64,000 bases of DNA from an uncultured Verrucomicrobiae bacterium (GTDB lineage Bacteria; Verrucomicrobiota; Verrucomicrobiia; Chthoniobacterales; UBA10450), in assembly GCA_963772365.1 (NCBI GenBank), contig CAVYXA010000001.1:1504001-1568000 (forward strand). Direction: 5' to 3'. Below, one piece after another: positions 10,353-19,851 of the stretch. Within the stretch, counting starts at the first letter, position 1, and each line of letters opens with the position of its first letter. The notes beneath the pieces are model-generated. The model had not been told where the DNA came from. It saw only the letters and a program-made list of their open reading frames with translations, and did no database searches. A program made the position numbers and the translations under genes.

Positions 10353-10466
10353 ATTTTTCACCTTTCTGATTTCGACACCGACAAAGAGATTTCGTGCCGG
10401 TGAGACCATTTGGATCCCATGCTATTTTCGCCGGTTGATACCGTGCAAGCATTAAGATGAGTAAAT

Positions 10467-10495
10467 ATTACAAGGGCTTGTTCTCCACTTGTCAA
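10467..10495 (-). promoter_or_regulatory. sigma70 promoter of the three-gene dcd operon
   Basis: Minus strand TTGACA-17 bp-TGTAAT. Confidence 0.7.
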
Positions 10496-10503
10496 CAGCT
10501 TAT

Positions 10504-10550
10504 TCACTATATCTAGTACCCTCTTGAGCTGCACCCCCACTATTTAGTGA
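10504..10550. promoter_or_regulatory. Tandem NrdR-like boxes upstream of the dcd operon
   Basis: TCACTATATCTAGTAC (10504-10519) and CCCCACTATTTAGTGA (10535-10550), starts 31 bp apart, matching acaCwAtATaTwGtgt. Confidence 0.7.
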
Positions 10551-10695
10551 CTCGACGGCGAGAGGATGAGGCGCTCTGCCGATATGCAACCAGCGCGGAT
10601 TGTGCCAATGCGCTGCAATTTCTCCAACACGGCCTCGCGTCGATAGATTTCCCGCAGGGGGAGGTTCTGTTTTTCGCGTAAAGGATTCTAACGAA

Positions 10696-10749
10696 TCATC
10701 CACATCCCTGGCTCGTGCCGCATTCGGTGCAGACGCCGGCGCGGATCAT
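10696..10749 (-). repeat. Degenerate duplicate of the nrdJ 3' end (integration scar/pseudogene fragment)
   Basis: Encodes IRAG---VCTECGTSQGCG*, versus nrdJ IRAGACGVCTECGTSQGCG*, with many synonymous differences. Confidence 0.85.
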
Positions 10750-10807
10750 CCGGTGGCGGCCGGACTGCCGCACATCATTGCCGAAGATCAAATCGCGTTT
10801 CATCAAA

Positions 10808-13800
10808 TTAACCACATCCTTGACTGGTACCGCACTCCGTACATACACCGCAGGCGCCGGCGCGGATCACTTTGTTGCTTCCGCACACGGAGCAGGTGAT
10901 GTCCATGAACATGTTGCCGAGCGCTTCTTTGACGCGCTCAGCGTGGCTGTGACCGTTTCCGGCCACGGCGGGCGCGCCTTCGTTAGGGGAGTGGCCGGTG
11001 ATGACGTCGATTAGTTCTTTTTCGCCGGTGCGCGGAAGATCGACAACGGGCCGGTTGACCGCTTTCTTCTCAATTTCGGCAATCTCTTTCATCGGGAGCT
11101 CGGGCTGGCCGCGATTGGGTGAGGTCGCTTCTTTGTAGCCTTTGATGAACTGGCAACCGAGCCAGCGAAACACGTAATCGGTGATGCTGGTCGCGCTGCG
11201 GATATCGGGGTTCTTGGTGAACCCGCTCGGCTCGAATCGCTGATAGGCGAATTTTCTGACCAGGCTCTCGAGCGGCACGCCGTATTGCAATGACATGGAG
11301 GTGAGCGTGCCTATCGTATCCATGAGTCCGCCGATGGTGCTCCCTTCCTTCGACATCTGAATGAAAAGTTCGCCCGGTTGGCCGTTCTCGTACAGGCCGA
11401 CGGTGATATAGCCTTCGTGTCCGGCGATCTCAAACTTGTGCGTGAGCGACATCCGGGTGTCGGTCATGCGATGGCGCACAGGTTGGTCGGCCTGGATACG
11501 TAACATCGACAATTCCTGTTCCAGCTCGAGGATGCGTTCCTGGAGATCGTCGGAGCCGGCATCTGATCCGCTGAGGACAGCGGACGCTACAGTATCGTCG
11601 GTTGCGCCCATGTGTTTAGTCTTGCGCGTGTTTAACGGGGCGGATCGCTTCGAGTTTTCGCGATAAATGGCGATCGATTTCAGCCCGAGCCGCCAGCCTT
11701 CGATGTAAGCATTCATGATTTCATCGGCGGTTGCCGATTCGGGCAGGTTTACCGTTTTGGAAATCGCGCCGCTGAGGAACGGTTGGGCGGCGGCCATCAT
11801 GTGGAGATGCGCATTGTAATGCAGTGAACGCTGCCCTTTGAACGGCTTGAATGCGCAATCGAAGATGGGGAGATGCTCAGGTTTCAACCCGGACGAAATT
11901 GTCGATCCATCGGTGTCGGTCACATCTTCGATGGTGTCGAATGCGTCGATGTGGGCGATGATTCGTTCGACCTCTTCGGAGTTGTAGCCGAGTTTTTCCA
12001 GCGCTGGTTTCACGGTTTGATTGACAATTTTCAACATACCGCCGCCGGCGAGTAGTTTGTATTTCACCAGCGCAATGTCCGGCTCGATTCCGGTGGTGTC
12101 GCAATCCATCAGAAAACTGATCGTGCCCGTAGGTGCGAGCACGGTAACCTGCGCGTTGCGATAACCGTGTCGTTTACCCAGCTCGGCTACTTTTTTCCAA
12201 GTCTTGCGCGCTTCCTGTTTTAAATAGAGAAACTCGTCCGTGTCCGGGATTTCGCTCACGGCGCACCGGTGGAGATCGATCACATCGAGCATCGGCGCGA
12301 CATTGCTTTTCGCGACCGGTTTCGGCACACCGGCGCATTTGGCGTCCTTGTAACCGGGGAAGGGTCCCATGGTCCGCGCCATGCGGGCGCTTTGCTCGTA
12401 GGCTTCACCGGTCATGATCGATGTGACGGCGCCGCAGAGCGCCCGGCCTTCGATGCTGTCGTAGCCGTAGCCGTAGCTCATGATTAGCGAGCCGAGGTTC
12501 GCGTAACCAAGCCCGAGCGTGCGGAAAATGTGCGAGTTTTCGGCGATCTCTTTGATCGGATAACTGGCGTTATCGACGATGATCTCCTGCGCGGTGATGA
12601 ACACGCGCACCGCCGACTTGAACCGTTCGATATCGAATTCGCCGTCGGCGCCCTTGAATTTGATTAAATTGAGCGAAGCGAGATTGCACGCGGTGTTATC
12701 GAGAAACAGATATTCCGAGCACGGATTTGTTGAGTTCTGTCGATCCGTTCCTTTGCAGGTGTGCCATTTGTGGATCGTGGTATCGAACTGCATCCCGGGG
12801 TCGCCGCACACCCATGTGCCTTCCGCGACTTTGCGCAGCAGTGCCCGCGCGTCTTTCTTTTCGCACGGTTTACCGTCCAGCACGCGGCGAGTCCACCATT
12901 CGCGGCCTTCCACGGCGGCTTCCATGAATTCATCGCTGACGCGCACGCTCAGGTTTTCATTTTGATACATCACCGAGCCGTAGGCGTCGCCGTTGTAACT
13001 GCCGTCGTAGCCCTGCTCGATCAACGCCCACGCCTTTTTCTCTTCTTTTTGTTTGGCGTCGATGAACTCCTCGATGTCGGGATGCCAATCTTTCAGCGTG
13101 TTCATTTTGGCCGCACGCCGCGTTTTGCCGCCGCTTTTCACAACGTTCGCGACCTGATCGTAGACTTTCAGGAAGGATAGCGGCCCGCTCGGTTTACCGC
13201 CGCCGCTCAATTTTTCCCTTGTCGATCTTAACGTGGAAAGATCGGAGCCAGTGCCACTGCCATATTTGAACAGCATCGCCTCGCTCGTGGCCAGCCGCAT
13301 GATGTCTTCCATCGTGTCGTGCACGCTCTGAATGAAACAGGCGCTGCCCTGCGGGTATTCGTATTGCGTAGGCGCGCGCTCGGCTACACCACTCTGACGA
13401 TTGTAAAAATAGTTGCCTGCTCCTGCATTCTTGCCCACGCCATATTGATGATAGAGCCCGACATTAAACCAGACCGGCGAATTGAACGCGCCATGCTGAT
13501 TCAAACAGAGCCAGGTCAATTCGTCGTAGAAAATTTCCGCCGATTCAGCGTCGGCAAAATAATCATCCGCGATTCCCCAATCAGTAATCGTGCGCGTCAC
13601 TCGATGAATCAATTGCCGCACCGAACTCTCGCGACCGCCTTTGCTCGGATCGAGACCCTGCGCGATGTCGCCATAGAAATATTTCGAGACCGCAATCTTC
13701 GTGGCCAGCGCGCTCCAACTTTTTGGAACCTCGATGTCTTCCTGTTTGAAGATGATTTTGCCGCCATCGTCCGCGATTTCAGCAGTCCGGCGTTCCCATT

Positions 13801-13957
13801 CAATTTGATCGAATGGTTTCACCGTTGGACTACTGAAAACGCGTTCGAAACACAGGCCGGCAGTTTTCTTTTTGGACGCACGCGAACGGCGAAGATCCGC
13901 CGATTTAGCTTCTTTCCTGAGTGAGGCTGGCGTGAGACCGGGCTTGAGTTGGATCAT
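10808..13957 (-). CDS. nrdJ: Class II adenosylcobalamin-dependent ribonucleotide reductase with TSCPD domain and C-terminal Zn ribbon
   Basis: FNSPVWFN, SACFI, TNPCSEY, APTGTISF, GAISKTVNLP; C-terminal CxxC...CxxC; start chosen at MIQLKPG. Confidence 0.95.
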   Translation of the reverse strand: MIQLKPGLTPASLRKEAKSADLRRSRASKKKTAGLCFERVFSSPTVKPFDQIEWERRTAEIADDGGKIIFKQEDIEVPKSWSALATKIAVSKYFYGDIAQGLDPSKGGRESSVRQLIHRVTRTITDWGIADDYFADAESAEIFYDELTWLCLNQHGAFNSPVWFNVGLYHQYGVGKNAGAGNYFYNRQSGVAERAPTQYEYPQGSACFIQSVHDTMEDIMRLATSEAMLFKYGSGTGSDLSTLRSTREKLSGGGKPSGPLSFLKVYDQVANVVKSGGKTRRAAKMNTLKDWHPDIEEFIDAKQKEEKKAWALIEQGYDGSYNGDAYGSVMYQNENLSVRVSDEFMEAAVEGREWWTRRVLDGKPCEKKDARALLRKVAEGTWVCGDPGMQFDTTIHKWHTCKGTDRQNSTNPCSEYLFLDNTACNLASLNLIKFKGADGEFDIERFKSAVRVFITAQEIIVDNASYPIKEIAENSHIFRTLGLGYANLGSLIMSYGYGYDSIEGRALCGAVTSIMTGEAYEQSARMARTMGPFPGYKDAKCAGVPKPVAKSNVAPMLDVIDLHRCAVSEIPDTDEFLYLKQEARKTWKKVAELGKRHGYRNAQVTVLAPTGTISFLMDCDTTGIEPDIALVKYKLLAGGGMLKIVNQTVKPALEKLGYNSEEVERIIAHIDAFDTIEDVTDTDGSTISSGLKPEHLPIFDCAFKPFKGQRSLHYNAHLHMMAAAQPFLSGAISKTVNLPESATADEIMNAYIEGWRLGLKSIAIYRENSKRSAPLNTRKTKHMGATDDTVASAVLSGSDAGSDDLQERILELEQELSMLRIQADQPVRHRMTDTRMSLTHKFEIAGHEGYITVGLYENGQPGELFIQMSKEGSTIGGLMDTIGTLTSMSLQYGVPLESLVRKFAYQRFEPSGFTKNPDIRSATSITDYVFRWLGCQFIKGYKEATSPNRGQPELPMKEIAEIEKKAVNRPVVDLPRTGEKELIDVITGHSPNEGAPAVAGNGHSHAERVKEALGNMFMDITCSVCGSNKVIRAGACGVCTECGTSQGCG

Positions 13958-14037
13958 GGCGTTAGGAGGGTTGAGGTTGGGAATTCCAGTTAATACCGGT
14001 GAACAGCCAAGGCCAATAACCTGTGAACCGTAGTGAA

Positions 14038-14085
14038 CAACAAGTAATAGCGCAGCTGTCCGGGCGGATGCACAATATGCAGTGC
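14038..14085. promoter_or_regulatory. Tandem NrdR-like boxes upstream of nrdJ
   Basis: AACAAGTAATAGCG (14039-14052, weak) and CACAATATGCAGTG (14071-14084), 32 bp apart, upstream of a ribonucleotide reductase. Confidence 0.6.
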
Positions 14086-14203
14086 CGCAGCCGGTCAAGG
14101 CAAGACAAAATTTGTGACATTTTTCGGAGCCTGAGCTTTACCCGGTAAAATCGGCGAGAAGTTCTCGAAAACGTGGGCCGGAGACCCTTCGACTATGCGC
14201 GCG

Positions 14204-14843
14204 TTAGGGCCAGGGACGCAACCCCGGGCCGCGCGGATAAAGTGGCGCTTGACGGTACGAACCGAACCATGGCGAGCGGCTTTGTATTCTTTGGTACCTC
14301 GAACCGCTTCCTCGCGGCGTGCGCCCGAACACGTTGACCGGTGTGCCGATGTCGACCGCATTGAAAAATGCAATCGCCATTTCTCTCGGGATCCGAACAC
14401 AACCGTGTGAAGCGGGATATCCGGGCAAATAGCCGGCGTGCAATCCATCAGCGCCGTTGAACCGCATGGAATAAGGCATCGGCGCCGGAACAAATCTGCA
14501 TCCGTGCGGCACTTTTCATATCGATATCCACATCAGCCACGACCGTGTTGCCTCGAGCATCGATAATCTTGCCGTAAACGCTGGAGTAATGCGCTCGCTC
14601 TTTCTCGATAACTTTGAATGCGCCGGTCCCGGTAAGATGACCGTAGCGCCCACTCGAGATGGGCGACTGCAAAACGGCGTGCCGGCCACGAAGCAGATAC
14701 GCCACCTGCTCCTCTAAATCGATTTCGATGCGATACGGAGTCGGATTTTCGGCAAGAGCAGACATTCCCACCAGCAACAGGATCGACAGTAAACACCAGA
14801 ACCTCACAGGAAGTTCAACACCAAAAAATGAAAGAAGTCTCAA
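14204..14843 (-). CDS. L,D-transpeptidase (YkuD family), split by one frameshift near 14515
   Basis: IEIDLEEQ...SPISSGR in one frame; [17 protein letters not shown] in another; the shift is in an A-run. Confidence 0.85.
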
Positions 14844-15643
14844 ACTGCGATTGGCGCTTTGATTGATGGATGTGGATCGTAACCGAGCAACTCGAAATCT
14901 TCGAAATCGAATTCGTGAATATTCTTGATCGCGGGATTAATTTTCATTCGCGGTAAAGATCGACAATCGCGCGTCAACTGTTCGCGGGCCTGATCGAGAT
15001 GATTTTGATAAAGATGAAGATCGCCAAAAGTGTGGACAAAATCGCCGGGCATAAGATCGACAACCTGTGCGACCATCATCGTCAGTAATGCATAGGAAGC
15101 GATGTTGAACGGCACGCCGAGGAAAAGATCTGCGCTCCGCTGATATAGCTGGCAGCTAAGTTCGCCATCCTGCACGTAGAATTGGAATAGGACATGACAC
15201 GGCGGCAAAGCCATCGTCTCGATTTCGGATGGATTCCATGCGCTCACGATCAAGCGGCGGCTATACGGGTTTGATTTGATGTGATCGATCAGGTTGCCAA
15301 TCTGATCGATTCGTTTCCCGTCAGCTCCGCGCCAATCGCGCCATTGCGCTCCATAAACGCGGCCGAGATTGCCATTCTCATCGGCCCATTCATCCCAGAT
15401 TGTGACTTTATGCTCATTCAGGTAACGAATGTTCGTGTCGCCCCGCAGAAACCAGAGCAGCTCGTAAATGATCGATTTAATGTGGAGTTTCTTCGTGGTC
15501 AGGAGCGGGAAACCTGGTCCGTTCGAGCGTAAATCGAAGCGGGCCTGGGCGCCGAAGATCGACAATGTGCCGGTTCCGGTGCGATCGGCGCGCGGTTGAC
15601 CGTGATCGAGAACAAGCCGCAATAGATCGTGATATTGGCGCAC
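14840..15643 (-). CDS. thyA: Thymidylate synthase
   Basis: [36 protein letters not shown]. Confidence 0.97.
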   Translation of the reverse strand: MRQYHDLLRLVLDHGQPRADRTGTGTLSIFGAQARFDLRSNGPGFPLLTTKKLHIKSIIYELLWFLRGDTNIRYLNEHKVTIWDEWADENGNLGRVYGAQWRDWRGADGKRIDQIGNLIDHIKSNPYSRRLIVSAWNPSEIETMALPPCHVLFQFYVQDGELSCQLYQRSADLFLGVPFNIASYALLTMMVAQVVDLMPGDFVHTFGDLHLYQNHLDQAREQLTRDCRSLPRMKINPAIKNIHEFDFEDFELLGYDPHPSIKAPIAV

Positions 15644-15729
15644 AAGAAACAGTAACTAATAGCTGGCAGATTAGGAAATCGAAATCGGCAGGAGTCGTGC
15701 ATCAAATCGTCACAACCTGCGCCTTCGAC

Positions 15730-15878
15730 CCGGGACCGCGAGCAGTCGATACGGTCCATTGCGCAAATCAAATGCAGCCATTTCTCATCCGTTACGTTTT
15801 CCTTGGACGCAGTGATACCACTAAGGCGTGGCTCCATTGATGTGGGTGAAGGTATCGATTCAGCAGCGACGATTCCGC
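15730..15878 (-). ncRNA. ssrS: Probable 6S RNA; strand and ends tentative
   Basis: Intergenic rod: TCGATAC pairs with GTATCGA and ATCAATGGAGCCA with TGGCTGCATTTGAT around a central bubble; GGAGCC on the 5' arm. Confidence 0.5.
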
Positions 15879-15920
15879 ACAGAACACGCGCCAAAGTAAT
15901 CGATTTGCGATTGCAGATAA

Positions 15921-16541
15921 TTACTTTTTTCTGTGATCGACCATCTCGCCTTTAATCGTGCGAGCATCGACACGGGTGAGATTTTTTTCTATTGTCGATT
16001 TTAGGAGACGAACATGCGGTATGTCGCAGAGATGTTCGGCGATGAACCAGACCGGTTTGTCGGTTGTCATCCAATGCAGATGATCGAATCGGGCGAGATT
16101 CACGGGACGTGAATATCGTCGAAGCGTGCGCTCACCGCGCAGATTGAAGTAGATGTTGAAGTAGCTAATGGCCAATTCGCGCAGAGACCGATACACCGGT
16201 TCGCGATAGCGGCAGCCGGTGAAATTTGATTTCGCCACCGCACCCCAATGGCCGCGAATTTTGAAGATTGCGACCACGTGATCTGTGTCCTGCTCGGCTT
16301 CCAGATCGAAAATTAAAGGCGGAAATCCGAGCACACGTAAAGCAGCAGCGCCAAAAATCCCACCCTCAAGACAGGAAGCGGTGCGATCTTCCAGGACTTT
16401 TCGAGGCGAGCGCGCTGTGTACGTGAGATTGTAGGGAAGCTCATCGAGGAATTTCTGAATCCCGACCGGAGTCTTGAACGATCTGAGTTTGCGCCATCCC
16501 GAAGGCGCGAAGCCGAATTGAGGAGAATTCTTAGAGTCCAA
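15921..16541 (-). CDS. Conserved hypothetical protein (transglutaminase-like Cys/His/Asp fold)
   Basis: SCLEG...DHVVAIF...WGAVAKSN pattern; TTG start overlaps the upstream gene end. Confidence 0.7.
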   Translation of the reverse strand: MDSKNSPQFGFAPSGWRKLRSFKTPVGIQKFLDELPYNLTYTARSPRKVLEDRTASCLEGGIFGAAALRVLGFPPLIFDLEAEQDTDHVVAIFKIRGHWGAVAKSNFTGCRYREPVYRSLRELAISYFNIYFNLRGERTLRRYSRPVNLARFDHLHWMTTDKPVWFIAEHLCDIPHVRLLKSTIEKNLTRVDARTIKGEMVDHRKK

Positions 16542-17055
16542 CCGGATGGCGAGCCTCGAAGCCAGTCGGTGAACGCCGGGTAATTTGCCAACCGGGAGCC
16601 CAGCGTTCTCTACCCGTGATATAGGGAGTGGTATCAAGCCGAAGACCAGCGATCACGGCAAAGGTGTGGCCGTTACGGGCATAAACGGTGATCCATCGTC
16701 CGCGACCATGTTCTCCATAGTGGCGGAATTCCGATGAGCTGAGCGGCGCTTTGATGAGGCCGGCCCCGGCGAGGGCGAAGGAAACTGTTCCCGAGCAATC
16801 GTAGGCGCGATCAAAAAATGTGCGATGACCGCCGCCGTAACGATATGGTTTGGAGTGCAGTTTATTGGCGGCCCAGATTGCCCGCTTCACCGGAAGAGGT
16901 GCTCTCGACGGTGCGCAGGCGATCCCATGTCGAAGGCAAGCCTTGCTCCCTTCGATAATGGGGCCGGACGCCGGAAATGGGTTCGCCAGAGCGGAACCGG
17001 CAAAGACCGCAAAAACGGCTGTTATTGACGATTTCTTACCAGGAACAAACCTCAT
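16531..17055 (-). CDS. NlpC/P60-like peptidoglycan endopeptidase
   Basis: PYRYGGGH, YDCSGTVS, GHTF motifs; signal peptide. Confidence 0.85.
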   Translation of the reverse strand: MRFVPGKKSSITAVFAVFAGSALANPFPASGPIIEGSKACLRHGIACAPSRAPLPVKRAIWAANKLHSKPYRYGGGHRTFFDRAYDCSGTVSFALAGAGLIKAPLSSSEFRHYGEHGRGRWITVYARNGHTFAVIAGLRLDTTPYITGRERWAPGWQITRRSPTGFEARHPVGL

Positions 17056-17194
17056 TACTCTTTCTCAGCGTTTGCTGTGCCAGAAATTTTTTGTTTCCAA
17101 GACCGAGTAGTAGCAAAGCAAGGACAAACTGCAAGCGCATAGCGTCGAAAAATGATTTGCGCACCAGGGCAAATACGAGTTTCGGATAAGGGAA

Positions 17195-19058
17195 TCAGCG
17201 AGTGACTGACTCGCTCTGCTCGATTTGCATTCTCAATCTCTGAAATTCGGGCTGAATCGGATTTAGCTTGAGCGCGTTGGCAATCTCTGTTCGGGCAATC
17301 GCGATTTGGCCTGCTTTAACATGAGCTTCGGCCAACAGGTAATAGGTCTTGGCGTTGCGAGGATTCTGCACCAGCGCTTTGGAAAAGAAAGCCGCGGCCT
17401 CATTCCATCGATGCTGATCCAGCGCAAGAAGCCCAAGATTGTTGTAAGCGCCAGCATGTGCGGGATCGAGTTGAAGCGTGGCGACGTAGTACCGATTCGG
17501 CTCCGACCTTGTTTTGCTCGGCCAATCGAAGATTGCCGAGAGCGAAATTTGTCTCGGCGTTACCGGGAACGTAAGCATAAGCCAGTTCGAGCTTTTTGTT
17601 AGCGAGCTCGAGATTATTCGATTCCAGAGCCTGCCGTCCAGAGTTGTAGGCATCGAGAGCCCAAAGAGAAGGATTGCGTTGCGGCCACGCCACGAAAATT
17701 GTTGAAGCGATTAGAAGTCCTAAATAGACAGCAGCAAAACGAAATCTGTTCGTGGCCAGGCTTTGCCAGAAGATCGACAACCCAAAGGCGCCAAGCAAAA
17801 GCAGGCCGGGGACAACTGCCATACGGTAACGCTCCGTGATGAAGACGGTAAGCAATGCCAGCATCTGCAATAAAATTGCCGCAATTATCCAGCGTGACCT
17901 GGGCGCGAGCACCCAACCCAGGAGTATTCCCACTAACCCAAAAGCTGCGACGACACCGAAGTAAAGGCCGGGCAGGATCACACCTTCATCCCGCAGAATC
18001 GTTATGATGCTCAGATCATCATATTGAAAGGCACTCCAGAAGTTTCGCAGTTTGGTGGCCAGTAGCTTTAGCCAATCCGTAAAATGACCGGCGATATAGG
18101 CCCTTGTCTTGTCCGACCAGTAGGCAGAAACCTGCCCCCGTTTGAGCGGATGGCCTGCGGCGATTTCGGCTCGAGTAATCGAGTCCTGGAGCATTGCCGT
18201 TTGCCCTGCGCGTAACCCTGGCGGAAATCGCGGATAACCATTCGACTCCGGATTATTGCCGATCCAGAAATTGATTCCGCTGTGAGCCGAGAGCAAGACC
18301 GGTTCGCGCGCGATGAAATAGTTGTGAACCCAACAAGGCGATGTCCCGGCCGCGACGCCTGCAAATAGTAGAACCGAAGCCAGCAACAAAGAGATCTTCC
18401 ATTTTCCGTGATTGCCGCGGGTCGGTTTCAAGGCTATGGCGGCGAAAACGAGTGGAATAAGGAACAGCATCGCCGCCACTCCCATGGCAATAAAGCCTAT
18501 CAAAAGACCCAGCCAGAAGCACTCCACGCCGCGCGGTGCAAAGTCATTGCGAACGATTCGCCAGGTGACGAACCAAAAAGCGAAAACGAACCAGGCGGTC
18601 GGCATAAGGATAACCGCGTATGCTTGGGCCGGAGCGAAGAAGCCCCAGCCAAGTGCCGCCGTCATCCCAATGAATTGAGCCTTACTCCACGGCCGACAGG
18701 GATTGCCTTCTGCGCTGAAGATCCGAATCCCGAGCTTGTAAAGAATGGTGGCGGTCCCAGCGTCGAAGCAGGCTTGCAAAAAAGCGGGAACAAACGGGCC
18801 GTACCCGACGACTTTGTAAATGAGAGCGAGCAGATAGGCATAGAGCGGCAGGCCATAAAAGGCCAGGTGATCCGTAAAGTGACGTTCGAGGATCTGCCGG
18901 GCCCACTCATCATAGAAATGCATGTCGCCATAGGTTGGTAGGAGAAAAGGCGAAATCGTCAGGCGTGCCAGGACGATTAGCCGCAGGAGCAATACGGCCG
19001 CAAAAACGTAATGAGCCGGCCCGGGTGAATTCCGAAAGGGCGATCTCGAAGGGGTCAC
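17195..19058 (-). CDS. PMT/GT39-like membrane glycosyltransferase with C-terminal TPRs; frameshift near 17500
   Basis: DMHFYDEWA, PLY.Y.LA, GINFWIGNNP, ERYR motifs; TPRs (AYNNLG, NPRNAKTYY) continue in ORF 17195-17653. Confidence 0.75.
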
Positions 19059-19156
19059 CAGGCGAGCTTAAGCACAAACTATGCGCTGGTTGGAGAGTCT
19101 TGGGTTGGAATCGCGACGGGAAGGGGGTTCATAAAAACCATAAAAAGGCGGCCGCT

Positions 19157-19172
19157 TGGCACCGACACTGCT
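19157..19172 (+). promoter_or_regulatory. sigma54 promoter, pilin copy 1
   Basis: TGGCACCGACACTGCT, GG-N10-GC spacing. Confidence 0.65.
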
Positions 19173-19242
19173 GTTAAAACGCCGTTCGCGATGAGTATCG
19201 CGGACCGCAATCAAAAAACAAACTTGGGAGAATAGCAAATAT

Positions 19243-19647
19243 ATGTTACAGAAACTGAATAACCGCCGCGGGGGCTTCACCCTCGTGGAAATCATGATCG
19301 TGGTCGCGATCATCGCATTGCTGGCAGCCATCGCCGTGCCCGGATTCCTCCGTGCCCGGAAGCGCTCGCAAGCCACTCGAATCCTGAACGATCTTCGCCT
19401 GATTGATTCAGCAGTCGACCAATACGCGATTGAGACCAATCGCTCTACCGGTGCCACGGTGAATACGGTGGACTGGACGAACTACCTTAAACAAGGAACC
19501 GCGCTCTACAACACGGGCACGGACATCCTTGGCAACGGCTTTGGCGCTCAGGCCGTTGATACGCTGCCCAAAGTTCCGCACAACAGCTTCCTCGCATTGT
19601 CGGACGTTGCTCCAGTTGGGTTCTGGTCGCCTTATTCGGCTAACTAA
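19243..19647 (+). CDS. Type IV pilin-like protein, copy 1
   Basis: Class III signal GG/FTLVEIMIVVAII. Confidence 0.9.
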   Translation: MLQKLNNRRGGFTLVEIMIVVAIIALLAAIAVPGFLRARKRSQATRILNDLRLIDSAVDQYAIETNRSTGATVNTVDWTNYLKQGTALYNTGTDILGNGFGAQAVDTLPKVPHNSFLALSDVAPVGFWSPYSAN

Positions 19648-19659
19648 GAATCGCACGAT

Positions 19660-19704
19660 TCATTCTCCTGGCGTTCTCGCCCTGGCGCGAACGTCAGGGA
19701 ATGA
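19660..19704 (+). terminator. Stem-loop after pilin 1, repeated after pilin 2 (20359-20403)
   Basis: TCATTC.CCTGGCGTTC...GAACGTCAGGGAATGA inverted repeat; no U-tract. Confidence 0.45.
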
Positions 19705-19851
19705 GTAGTGCCACCGCTGACTTTTTGCGGTCCTCGCTCCCGGTTCTGTCGCGACACAGACATAAGAACCGTTCCGGCTCGCCAGCACTCCCCTCCGTGA
19801 TCTGGTGAATCTACAAGCATTTTTCACCCGCCTTGCGGGTGGCGACGTTTT

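Noticed and set aside
10358..10703. ORFs 10358-10540 and 10500-10703 as extra operon genes
   Set aside because: They overlap the promoter and NrdR-like boxes, and lack an RBS or recognisable motifs.
13958..14098. N-terminal extension of NrdJ, or a cobalamin riboswitch
   Set aside because: The extension covers the NrdR-like boxes and is not protein-like; no B12-box motif was recognised. No intein was seen in nrdJ.
15499..15894. 131-aa ORF upstream of thyA
   Set aside because: Overlaps thyA out of frame and coincides with the predicted structured RNA.
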